Source: an uncultured Actinomycetota bacterium
GTDB lineage: Bacteria; Actinomycetota; Actinomycetes; Actinomycetales; Micrococcaceae
NCBI GenBank assembly: GCA_963696055.1
Contig: CAVOIE010000006.1
Span: forward strand, 531,431-563,430
DNA length: 32,000 nt
Direction of reading: 5' to 3'
Shown here in pieces: positions 22,916 through 30,736 of this stretch. The notes below the pieces were generated by a model, which worked only from the letters and a program-made list of their open reading frames with translations, did no database searches and had not been told where the DNA came from. The number at the start of each line of letters is the position of its first letter. Positions within the stretch are counted from its first letter, which is position 1. Made by a program: the position numbers and the translations under genes.

Positions 22916-23851
22916 TCAGCCTCCGTGCCCGGCGGACACCGGGACGGCCACGCACATCACGCCGCCACGGCTGAGCAGGGGCAGCGGATCCAGATGCATG
23001 GCCTTGTCCTCCAGACAGGCACCGGCCTGCCGCACGTCGAAGTGGCTGCGGCAGGACAGGCAACGCAACAGGCCGCCGCCGGCCGGTGCCGCGAGTGCCC
23101 GCTGCAGCGTCGCGCCTTCCAGCGAGCGGGTGCAGCGCGGGCAGTAGTCACGGTAGGCATACACGTCCTGCCCGGTCCGGCAGGCCAGGATGGAATAGCC
23201 GCCGCCGACCAAGAAGCCCGCGACTTCCCCGGGTTCCAGCTCGGCGAGCTGGGGCAGCGGCTCCCACGAGCCTGTTGACTGGTCCCCGGAGCCATCGGGC
23301 TCCCTGTTCAGCCGGACCAGCAGCGCGTCCACGGGTATCACGGCCGGCGAGGCGGCGGCCCTTTCGGCCTCGACAACCTCGATGGCCGCCACTTCCGGGG
23401 CCGCTGTTTCAATCGCTTCCTCCACCGCGTACTTGAGGGTAACGGACGACGACGGGCACCCCTGGCAGGTGCCCAACAAGCGCAGCCGCACCACGCCGTC
23501 GTCGTTGATTTCCAGCAGTTCCACGTCGCCACCGTGCGAGCCAAGGTAGGGGCGGACGCTGTCCAGCGCGGCGGCAACCCTAGTCTGCAGGTCCTGCGGG
23601 TGCAGCCCGTGGATGAGCAGCACGGCGGACACCAGCTCGTCCGCGGTCAGTGCCTGCATCGTGGCGGGATCCAGCACGCCGCGGTCCTTGAGGATTTCCA
23701 GCAGCCGTTCCAGTCCCGCTCCATACAGATCGGCCACCTCGCGGACCAGATCTTCCGCGCGTCCCCGGGCGACGGCGCCGCCGGCCCCGAGCGCGTCCAG
23801 CAGCGTGCCGATGCGGTCACCGATCTGGCGTGGCTGATCCCCGGCTGGCAT
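22916..23851 (-). CDS. hhyE: NifU-like / Rieske-like fusion iron-sulfur protein (HhyE-type putative electron-transfer partner of group 1h hydrogenase)
   Basis: The central NifU C-terminal-type domain reads VRPYLGSHGGDVELLEINDDGVVRLRLLGTCQGCPSSSVTLKYAVEEAI. The C-terminal Rieske-like segment has paired Cys motifs (ACRTGQDVYAYRDYCPRC ... LRCLSCRSHF). It starts 6 nt after the hhyL stop. In mycobacteria, the equivalent gene beside hhyL is known as HhyE. Confidence 0.78.
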   Translation of the reverse strand: MPAGDQPRQIGDRIGTLLDALGAGGAVARGRAEDLVREVADLYGAGLERLLEILKDRGVLDPATMQALTADELVSAVLLIHGLHPQDLQTRVAAALDSVRPYLGSHGGDVELLEINDDGVVRLRLLGTCQGCPSSSVTLKYAVEEAIETAAPEVAAIEVVEAERAAASPAVIPVDALLVRLNREPDGSGDQSTGSWEPLPQLAELEPGEVAGFLVGGGYSILACRTGQDVYAYRDYCPRCTRSLEGATLQRALAAPAGGGLLRCLSCRSHFDVRQAGACLEDKAMHLDPLPLLSRGGVMCVAVPVSAGHGG

Positions 23852-23857
23852 GGCAGT

Positions 23858-25651
23858 TCACTCGCCGGTCATCGTCTGGGTCGGAGAGTGCAGCTTGTCC
23901 AGGGTCTGCCCCTTGCCCAGGTACATGTGGACGCCGCACGGCAGGCAGGGGTCGAAGCTGCGCACCGTGCGCATGATGTCGATCCCCTTGAAATGCTCGC
24001 GGTCGTTCTCCTCGAAGATGGGCTGTCCCTGGACCGCGTCCTCATACGGCCCCGAGATGCCCTGGGAATCCGTCGGGCTAGCGTTCCACGGGGTCGGCGG
24101 GTACGGGTGGTAGTTGGCAATCTTGCCGTCGCGGATCACCATGTGGTGCGACAGCACGCCGCGCACGGCCTCGGTGAAGCCGCAGCTGAAGGCCTCGTCG
24201 GGGACCTCGAAGGTTTCCCAGGTCTTGGTCCGTCCGGCCCGTATCTCTTCGAGCGCCTGCTCGGCAAAGTGCAGCGCGGCCGCGGCGGCGTAGGCCTGGA
24301 AGTACGTGCGGGCCCGGTTGCGCTCCAGCGTGTTGCTCCATTGCGGGGTGTGCCATTCGAAGGAGACCGGCCCCTTCAGCGCGGTCTTGGGCAGGTTGAT
24401 CTGCACGCTGTGGCCGGTGGCCTTGATGTAGCCGATGTCGACCAGCCCTGCCAGCGCCGTCGACCAGAGCCGGGCCAGCGGGCCGCCGCCGGTGTCCAGG
24501 GCGAGGTTGTCCGTGCCGTCGAACCAGCGCGGCGACATCACCCAGCTGTACTTCTCCGCCAAATCGCGCTTCTGCGGCTTCGGGTTGGTGTGCTGGTTCC
24601 ACGGATGACGGCGGTCCACCGGATTGCCCAGCGGATCCCGCGTCACGAACATTTCCTGGTCCTCCCAGTCCTCGTAGTACGAGGAACCGAGCATGATTCG
24701 TATCCCGAGGTTGATCCGCACCAGGTCGGTGGTCACCAGTTTTCCGTCCACCACGACGCCGGGAGTCACGAACATCTTCCGGCCCCAGTCCGTCATGTCC
24801 TTGTACTCGAAATTGCAGAACTCCGGATCCTGGAAGGCACCCCAGCAGCCGAGCAGCGTGCGCCGCAGGCCCACCTGCTCGTAGCCCGGAAGGGCCTCGT
24901 AGAAGAAGTCGAAGAGGTCGTCGTGCATGGGCACAACCTTCTTCATGAACTCGACGTAGCGCATCAGCCGGGTGATGTAGTCGGTCATGAGTTGGATGGT
25001 CGCCACCGTGCCCACGCCACCCGGGTACAGCGTAGACGGGTGGACGTGGCGTCCCTCCATCAGGCAGAACATCTCACGCGTGAGGCGGCTGACCTGCAAA
25101 GCCTCCCGGTAAAACTCGCCGGTGAACGGGTTCAGCGAGCGCATGATGTCCGCGATCGTGCGGTAGCCGTGGTCGGCCTCGTGCGGGGCGCGCGTGTTCT
25201 CCGCCTTCGCCAGTACGCCGGGGTTGGTTTCGGAGACCATCTTCTCGCAGTAGTCCACGCCGACGAGGTTCTCCTGGAAGATGTTGTGATCGAACATGTA
25301 CTCGGCCGCTTCGCCGAGGTTCACGATCCACTCGCCCAGATTCGGCGGCTTCACGCCGTAGGCCATGTTCTGGGCATAGCAGGAGCAGGTGGCATGGTTG
25401 TCGCCGCAGATGCCGCAGATCCGGCTGGTGATGAAGTGGGCGTCGCGGGGATCCTTTCCCTTCATGAACAAGGAGTAGCCGCGGAAGATCGAGGACGTGC
25501 TGCGGCACTCAACAACCTGGTTGTTCTCGAAGTCGATCTTGGTGTAGATGCCGAGGCTGCCGACGATCCGGGTGATGGGGTCCCACGCCATCTCCACAAG
25601 GTTGCTGCCGCCTGTGCTGCTCTGGGAAGGCGTTGGAATTGTGGAGGTCAT
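23858..25651 (-). CDS. hhyL: [NiFe]-hydrogenase large subunit, group 1h/5 (high-affinity, Hhy-type)
   Basis: 597 aa. The N-terminal NiFe-ligand motif is HFITSRICGICGDNHATCS. The C-terminal motif is SFDPCLPCGVH, followed by a 22-aa tail (MYLGKGQTLDKLHSPTQTMTGE) that would be removed by the endopeptidase. The TSRICGICGDNH form of L1 is characteristic of the actinobacterial group 1h/5 enzymes. Confidence 0.95.
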   Translation of the reverse strand: MTSTIPTPSQSSTGGSNLVEMAWDPITRIVGSLGIYTKIDFENNQVVECRSTSSIFRGYSLFMKGKDPRDAHFITSRICGICGDNHATCSCYAQNMAYGVKPPNLGEWIVNLGEAAEYMFDHNIFQENLVGVDYCEKMVSETNPGVLAKAENTRAPHEADHGYRTIADIMRSLNPFTGEFYREALQVSRLTREMFCLMEGRHVHPSTLYPGGVGTVATIQLMTDYITRLMRYVEFMKKVVPMHDDLFDFFYEALPGYEQVGLRRTLLGCWGAFQDPEFCNFEYKDMTDWGRKMFVTPGVVVDGKLVTTDLVRINLGIRIMLGSSYYEDWEDQEMFVTRDPLGNPVDRRHPWNQHTNPKPQKRDLAEKYSWVMSPRWFDGTDNLALDTGGGPLARLWSTALAGLVDIGYIKATGHSVQINLPKTALKGPVSFEWHTPQWSNTLERNRARTYFQAYAAAAALHFAEQALEEIRAGRTKTWETFEVPDEAFSCGFTEAVRGVLSHHMVIRDGKIANYHPYPPTPWNASPTDSQGISGPYEDAVQGQPIFEENDREHFKGIDIMRTVRSFDPCLPCGVHMYLGKGQTLDKLHSPTQTMTGE

Positions 25652-25684
25652 TGTGTTTCGCCTTGTCTGGAAGTAGCCGGTGGG

Positions 25685-26743
25685 TTACCAGGTGCGCCGG
25701 GCACCGGTCAGAAGTTCACGTCCGGGCCGGCGCCACTTGGGTTCCTTGTCCAGCGTGTTGGCCGTGATGCCGCGCAACGCCTTGATGGCCGCACCGTAGG
25801 GGCGGACGGCATTGGTGGACAGCTTGCCGCCGGGCGGCTCGTCCATGAAAGGCATGAACTTGTCCGGGAATCCCGGCATGGTGCATCCGATGCAGATACC
25901 GCCGACGTTGGGGCAGCCGCCCAGACCATTCATCCATCCGCGTTTGGGGACATTGCACTTGACCACGGGGCCCCAGCAGCCGAGTTTGACGATGCACTTG
26001 GGCGACCCGTATTCGGTGGCGAAATCGGCCTGCTCGTAGTAACCGGCGCGGTCGCAGCCTTCATGGACCGTCTTGCCGAACAGCCAGGTGGGGCGCAGCG
26101 ACTCGTCCAACGGAATCGGCGGCGCCTGTCCGGTCGCTTGGTAGAGCAGATACGTGATGGTCTCCGAGAGGTTGTCCGGCTGGATGGGACAGCCCGGGAC
26201 GCAGACGATCGGAATGCCTGCCTTGGATTTCCAGTCGTACCCCAGATAATCGGGCACACCCATGGCACCGGTCGGATTGCCGGCCATCGCATGGATGCCG
26301 CCGTAGGTGGCGCAGGTACCGGCCGCGATGATCGCGGTGGCTTTCGGCGCCAGCCGGTCCAGCCATTCGCTGGTGGTGATCGGCTGTCCGGTCTCCAGAT
26401 CATTGCCGAAGCCGCACCAGTAGCCGCCCGGTTCATGGAGTTGCTCGTTCGGGATGGAGCCCTCGACCACCAGGACGAACGGCTCCAGTTCGCCGCGGTC
26501 CGCCTTGCGGAACCACTCGAGGAAGTCGTCGGCCCCTTCCTGGGGCCCGCACTCAAAGTCGATCAGCGGCCAGTGCATTGCGATCCTGGGCAAGCCGGGC
26601 AGCGCGCCGAGCGCGATCTCCTCGACGCTGGGCTGGGTGGCCGCCGTCAGCGCGACCGAATCTCCGTCGCAACTGAGCCCCGCGTTGATCCACAGCACGT
26701 GGATGAGGGCTTCTTCGGCCTGTAAGGAAGTTTCGGTAGGCAT
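25685..26743 (-). CDS. hhyS: [NiFe]-hydrogenase small subunit, group 1h/5, no Tat signal
   Basis: ORF 25685..26839(-) trimmed to the ATG at 26743, which is preceded by GGAGG. MPTETSLQAEEALIHVLWINAGLSCDGDSVALT runs straight into the conserved small-subunit core without an RRxF leader, as expected for group 1h. It has multiple Cys ligands (GTCATYGG, CVPGCP, GCDRAGYY, CIVKLGCWGP, CPNVGGICIGCTMP). Confidence 0.93.
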   Translation of the reverse strand: MPTETSLQAEEALIHVLWINAGLSCDGDSVALTAATQPSVEEIALGALPGLPRIAMHWPLIDFECGPQEGADDFLEWFRKADRGELEPFVLVVEGSIPNEQLHEPGGYWCGFGNDLETGQPITTSEWLDRLAPKATAIIAAGTCATYGGIHAMAGNPTGAMGVPDYLGYDWKSKAGIPIVCVPGCPIQPDNLSETITYLLYQATGQAPPIPLDESLRPTWLFGKTVHEGCDRAGYYEQADFATEYGSPKCIVKLGCWGPVVKCNVPKRGWMNGLGGCPNVGGICIGCTMPGFPDKFMPFMDEPPGGKLSTNAVRPYGAAIKALRGITANTLDKEPKWRRPGRELLTGARRTW

Positions 26744-26772
26744 CGGTGCCTCCTTCAGAGCCCTTGAAGGAC

Positions 26773-27627
26773 TCAGTGAGCGTCGGTAGTCAGTGACCCG
26801 GTCAGGGTTTCCGGCTCGGGTGAGTCGCCTTCGAGCCACTCATACCAGCGGGGCAGCCCCTCGCCGGTGGTGGCCGAAACGACCAGGAATTCGGTCCGCG
26901 GATTAATCTGGCGGATGCGCTCCAGGCACGCGTTGGTGTCGAATTCCACGTAGGGCAGCAAGTCCGACTTATTGACGATCACCAAGTCGGCCGCCCTGAA
27001 CATGTGCGGGTACTTCTGGGGTTTATCATCACCTTCCGTCACCGAAATGATCACCACTTTGGCGGCTTCGCCGAGGTCGAAGAGCGCCGGACAGACCAGG
27101 TTGCCGACGTTCTCGATGAACACCGTCGAATCTGTGGCTGGGTCCAGAGCATCGAGTCCTCGGCGGAGCATGTCGGCATCGAGGTGGCAGCCGGCCCCCG
27201 TGTTGATCTGGATGACTGGCCGTCCCAGCGCGCGGATGCGGTCGGCATCCAGCGACGTTTCCTGGTCGCCTTCGATAACGCCTGCCTGCAGCCGGTCGCC
27301 GAGTTCCTGAAGCGTGCGGACCAGCAGCGTGGTCTTGCCGGCGCCGGGCGAGCTCATCACGTTGAGGGCGCGGATGCTCCGGCCCTCCAGCCAGCCGCGG
27401 TTCCGGGCGGCCAACAGGTCGTTTTTGGCGAGCAGATCCTGCTCAAGCACTATGGTTTGCGGGCCGCTGGCGGCATGCCCGTGGTCGTGTCCGTGGTCGT
27501 GCTCGTGTTCATGTGCATGATCATGGGGATGGCTGTGGGGATGTGGATGGTCGTGGCCGGCCGGCGCAATCTCGACGCCGGACACCCGCGTGTTTTCGGC
27601 GTCTCCACAGCCACAGGTAGTGCACAT
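26773..27627 (-). CDS. hypB: Hydrogenase nickel-incorporation GTPase HypB with His-rich tract
   Basis: The N-terminal high-affinity metal motif is MCTTCGCG. A perfect alternating tract HDHPHPHSHPHDHAHEHEHDHGHDHGH follows. It has the P-loop MSSPGAGKTTLL and a G3E-family GTPase body. The ATG at 27627 abuts the hypA TAG (27628-27630). Confidence 0.95.
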   Translation of the reverse strand: MCTTCGCGDAENTRVSGVEIAPAGHDHPHPHSHPHDHAHEHEHDHGHDHGHAASGPQTIVLEQDLLAKNDLLAARNRGWLEGRSIRALNVMSSPGAGKTTLLVRTLQELGDRLQAGVIEGDQETSLDADRIRALGRPVIQINTGAGCHLDADMLRRGLDALDPATDSTVFIENVGNLVCPALFDLGEAAKVVIISVTEGDDKPQKYPHMFRAADLVIVNKSDLLPYVEFDTNACLERIRQINPRTEFLVVSATTGEGLPRWYEWLEGDSPEPETLTGSLTTDAH

Positions 27628-27957
27628 CTATGCCACCTCCACCGAGGTCACCATCAGTTCACGGCCGCCGAGGACTTCCACGTCGGCGCTGCCGCAGGGG
27701 CACAACAGAATCAGGTCTTCCAGCACGAAATCCCTCTTGCAGTTGCGGCACCGGCCCAGACCGCGGGGCTCATCGATAGTGAGCCGGGCCCCGGCCAGCG
27801 CTGTACCGGCGGAGGCGACTTCAAAGCAGAAGCGCATGGCCTCCGGCAGCACACCTGAGAGCGCCCCAATGCGGAGATTCACGAGGGTAACCTGCCGATC
27901 ACCTGTTCGGTCCAGGACGGCGTCGATAAGGCTTTCCGTAAGTGAGAGCTCATGCAT
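27628..27957 (-). CDS. hypA: Hydrogenase nickel metallochaperone HypA
   Basis: ORF trimmed to the ATG at 27957, which is preceded by GAGGTGG. It has the MHELSL N-terminal nickel-binding motif (MHE). The zinc site is CRNCKRDF...CPCGS (CxxC...CxC). The protein is 109 aa. Confidence 0.9.
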   Translation of the reverse strand: MHELSLTESLIDAVLDRTGDRQVTLVNLRIGALSGVLPEAMRFCFEVASAGTALAGARLTIDEPRGLGRCRNCKRDFVLEDLILLCPCGSADVEVLGGRELMVTSVEVA

Positions 27958-27979
27958 GGTCTGCCACCTCGTGATCTCC

Positions 27980-28020
27980 AAGATAGGCGCGTGGGGGACA
28001 ATGCGCAACCATCCGCATTG
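27980..28020 (-). promoter_or_regulatory. Candidate internal promoter (TTGCGC-17 nt-TATCTT) with overlapping inverted repeat CAATGCG-N8-CGCATTG upstream of hypA
   Basis: On the minus strand, -35 TTGCGC is the revcomp of 28003-28008. The spacer is 17 nt. The -10 TATCTT is the revcomp of 27980-27985 and lies about 22 nt upstream of the hypA ATG. The plus strand at 27999-28020 reads caatgcg-caaccatc-cgcattg, with 7-bp perfect arms overlapping the -35. This is a by-eye pattern match only. Confidence 0.3.
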
Positions 28021-28099
28021 ACGCCCGAAAGAAGCCCGCCCAGGTGCCATCGGAGAATCGCTGCGTCAGGCGCTCAGCGCCGCTCCGGGTTGCAGGCAG

Positions 28100-29194
28100 T
28101 CATTCCGGCAGCGAATAGCGGGCCTCGACTTTGCCCAGCTTCCAGTAGGCGACCGCTGCCAGCCACGTTGCCGCAAACAGCCCGCAGATCAGGAAGCCGA
28201 AGTTCTCCAGGTTCACGGAAGCGACCCAGGCAACGGGGCCGCTATCTACCTGCATCCTCTCGGCCAGCAGCCCCAACAGTCCCACTCCTCCGACGAGGAA
28301 AGCCACGATGACGGACGTGCCGGTGACCATGAGGTTGTAGTACACCTTCCGGACCGGGCGCGCGAAGGCCCATTGATAGGCCCGGTTCATGAAGATGCCA
28401 TCGAGTGTGTCAAACAAAGTCATGCCCGCGGTGAACAAGACCGGCAGGACAAGAACCACGTACCAGGGTGCGGTCAGGGCGGCACTGCCGCCGATCACAA
28501 ACAACCCAATCGTCGTCGCCGTATCGAACCCCAACCCGAACAACACACCGATCGGATACATCTTCCAAGGCCGGTCGACCTGTCGGGCCAACGGTGCCAA
28601 CACCCGGTTGAGCAGGCCGCGGTTTTGCAGCAGGTCCTCGATTTCGGCTTCGTTGTATTCGCCGCTCCTGAGCTGGCGGAATACGCGGGCGATCCCGATG
28701 AGCGAATACAGGTTCAGGGTACCGATCAGTAGCAGGAACAGTCCGGAGACGACGACACCCCAAACTCCGGTTATGGAAGCGAGTAACGAATCGCCGTCGG
28801 AAATCTGGTCGGCCAACCTATTCAGCCCCGCAGCCAGCAGAGTGACAGCGACTATCACCACGGTCGAATGCCCCAAGGCGAACCAGAATCCTACGGACAC
28901 GGGACGGCTGCCCTCCCCCACCAGCTTGCGTGTTGTGTTGTCCACCGCCGCAATGTGGTCGGCGTCAAACGCGTGGCGCGCCCCCAGGATGAAAGCCGTA
29001 AACGCCAGTCCGAGGCCGAAAGGCGCCCGGTCGGCCACTTCGTACTGTCCCGGCACTACGACGGCGAAGAACATCCCCCACCCGACGAGCAACAGGAACG
29101 CAATCGCCGAGGCCATGCCCATGATGCTGCGCCGGCTACCTGCCGCGCGTCTTTGGAGGTGACGTTTCACGGTTTCCTGCCACTCTGGCCGCAT
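28100..29194 (-). CDS. HoxN/HupN/NixA-family nickel/cobalt permease (NiCoT)
   Basis: 364-aa polytopic protein with the family signature in TM2 (GARHAFDADHIAAVDNTTRKL) and the GLGFDTATTIG motif. It is the first gene upstream of hypA-hypB-hhySL on the same strand. Confidence 0.92.
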   Translation of the reverse strand: MRPEWQETVKRHLQRRAAGSRRSIMGMASAIAFLLLVGWGMFFAVVVPGQYEVADRAPFGLGLAFTAFILGARHAFDADHIAAVDNTTRKLVGEGSRPVSVGFWFALGHSTVVIVAVTLLAAGLNRLADQISDGDSLLASITGVWGVVVSGLFLLLIGTLNLYSLIGIARVFRQLRSGEYNEAEIEDLLQNRGLLNRVLAPLARQVDRPWKMYPIGVLFGLGFDTATTIGLFVIGGSAALTAPWYVVLVLPVLFTAGMTLFDTLDGIFMNRAYQWAFARPVRKVYYNLMVTGTSVIVAFLVGGVGLLGLLAERMQVDSGPVAWVASVNLENFGFLICGLFAATWLAAVAYWKLGKVEARYSLPE

Positions 29195-29235
29195 GCCTGC
29201 TTCGCCTGTGGAATATCAATGGAGCACCTCCGCCC

Positions 29236-29265
29236 AGAATGCAGAGCACGCATCTGCCGTGTCAA
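29236..29265 (-). promoter_or_regulatory. Candidate promoter for the NiCoT/hydrogenase operon (TTGACA-18 nt-CATTCT)
   Basis: On the minus strand, TTGACA is the revcomp of 29260-29265 and CATTCT is the revcomp of 29236-29241. The spacer is 18 nt. The element lies about 42 nt upstream of the ATG at 29194. The -10 is weak. This is a pattern match only. Confidence 0.25.
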
Positions 29266-29383
29266 GAGCCCGCGTCGACTCAGCGAAGACCCCGTCCGCC
29301 CGCCGCCGCTGCACTCCCCCAGCCGGTGATCGACGCGCTACGGCTCGATCCATCAATCTGAACGCGGGTGCCCCAAATTCTCC

Positions 29384-29411
29384 TTGACGAGCTCAAAGGT
29401 TCCAGTATCGT
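29384..29411 (+). promoter_or_regulatory. Candidate sigma-70-like promoter (TTGACG-16 nt-TATCGT) for the DHFR-like gene
   Basis: TTGACG is at 29384-29389 and TATCGT at 29406-29411. The predicted transcription start near 29418 favours the ATG at 29449 (GGAG 5 nt upstream) over 29413. Confidence 0.35.
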
Positions 29412-29448
29412 GATGGCAACCTACAAGCACTCACGACTCGGAGTACCG

Positions 29449-30093
29449 ATGGCCGTTCGCGTTGACCTCAACATCTCGCTCGACGGATTCGCGACGACGG
29501 AGGATCAGACCCCCGACAACCCGATGGGCGAAGACTGGTCTCGCCTGGTCGACGCGTATGTCGCTACCAAGACCTTCCGCGAACGCGTCTTACACGACGC
29601 CTCGGGCAAGGGCACCACCGGGGTGGACGACGAGTATGCGCAGGCGTACTTCGCCGAGCTCGGCGCAGAGATCATGGGCGCGGGGATGTTCGGCCTGCAC
29701 CACTTCCCCAACGACCCGGACTGGCGAGGATGGTGGGGCGACGAGCCCCCGTTCCGGGTCCCGGTTTTCGTGCTCACGCACGGCGCCCCACGCCCGTCGA
29801 TCGAGATGAGCGGCGGCACCACATTCCACTTCCTCGCCGCGACGCCGCAGGAGGCGCTCGACCACGCACAAAGAGCCGCCGGAGGCAAGGACGTCCGTGT
29901 CGGCGGCGGAGCGACGGTAGTGCGCGACTTCCTGAAGGCCGGGCTCGTCGACCAACTCCACGTGGCCATCGCTCCGATCATCCTCGGCAGGGGTATCCGC
30001 CTCTGGGACGACCTGCGCGGCCTGGAGTCCGACTACGATGTCACCGCCGAGACGGCCGAGAGCGGCACGGTCCACCTGACTTTCCGGCGCTAG
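29449..30093 (+). CDS. Dihydrofolate-reductase-like (RibD C-terminal domain) family protein
   Basis: MAVRVDLNISLDGFATTEDQTPDNPMGEDW...GRKTFRE-like...VFVLTHGAP...VRVGGGATVVRDFLKAGLVDQLHVAIAPIILGRGIRLWD matches the bacterial bifunctional-deaminase-reductase C-terminal/DHFR-like family. Alternative in-frame start at 29413. Confidence 0.8.
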   Translation: MAVRVDLNISLDGFATTEDQTPDNPMGEDWSRLVDAYVATKTFRERVLHDASGKGTTGVDDEYAQAYFAELGAEIMGAGMFGLHHFPNDPDWRGWWGDEPPFRVPVFVLTHGAPRPSIEMSGGTTFHFLAATPQEALDHAQRAAGGKDVRVGGGATVVRDFLKAGLVDQLHVAIAPIILGRGIRLWDDLRGLESDYDVTAETAESGTVHLTFRR

Positions 30094-30194
30094 GACACGA
30101 CCTGCCGCACCGGCGTTCGCGATCCGACCTGACGAAGCCTGCGCCGCACGAGCATGGATCCGATGGCCCGGCCCTATGCCGCTTCCGACATGAG

Positions 30195-30650
30195 CTAGGG
30201 GGCTTCGGTCGGCGCCACTGCCAGGGCCCACATACCCTTGGTCTCGGCACCTTCGACTGCAATCATGACCCTGCTGGCGGGCAGTTCCATGGTGGTTGTC
30301 ACTTCGGATCCGCAATCGGCGCTTCCGGTGCCGAGTACATCGCCGCTCGCTGCGGCCGTTACAGTGATGGAGCTTGCGCCCTCGCACGCCATCCCGATGA
30401 GGTACCAGCCTGCCATCGACGGTGTGAACTCCAGTCCTGTTTCGCTGCCAGGGCCGCCGATGCCGCCTCCCGCACGATGGACGCCTGGCAGCCCCCACTT
30501 CGCTTCGCTGAACTGCTGGTTCTCCCACTCAGCCGGGTCACGCTGGACTTGAGTACCCTCCGCCTCCAGACTCACCCCAAGGGGGCCACAAGCCGTCACC
30601 GAGAGGAGCAGGACGGCCGCCGAGGCGCCGAGAGCTGGACGTAGAGTCAT
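30195..30650 (-). CDS. Hypothetical secreted lipoprotein (151 aa)
   Basis: MTLRPALGASAAVLLLSVTACGPLG is a signal peptide plus lipobox (LSVTAC). The remainder has coding-like composition with two further Cys pairs. No family could be assigned. Confidence 0.65.
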   Translation of the reverse strand: MTLRPALGASAAVLLLSVTACGPLGVSLEAEGTQVQRDPAEWENQQFSEAKWGLPGVHRAGGGIGGPGSETGLEFTPSMAGWYLIGMACEGASSITVTAAASGDVLGTGSADCGSEVTTTMELPASRVMIAVEGAETKGMWALAVAPTEAP

Positions 30651-30736
30651 GCCCGCAGCCTACCCGAGGGGACCGAGCAGCCTAGGAAGCAGACCGACGT
30701 GTTGGACCGACGGGCCGCAACGAGGCCGATGAGCGG

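Noticed and set aside
23534-26725. 1063-aa ORF on the plus strand, the longest ORF in the track
   Set aside because: It is entirely antisense to hhyL and hhyS, which have unmistakable NiFe-hydrogenase motifs. Its translation is Arg/Gly/Ala/Pro/Val-rich low-information sequence typical of the open antisense frame of high-GC genes, and it has no recognisable motif.
27475-27555. Short-period DNA repeat that might be a CRISPR-like or VNTR element
   Set aside because: It lies inside the hypB reading frame and simply encodes the alternating His tract. There is no repeat-spacer architecture.
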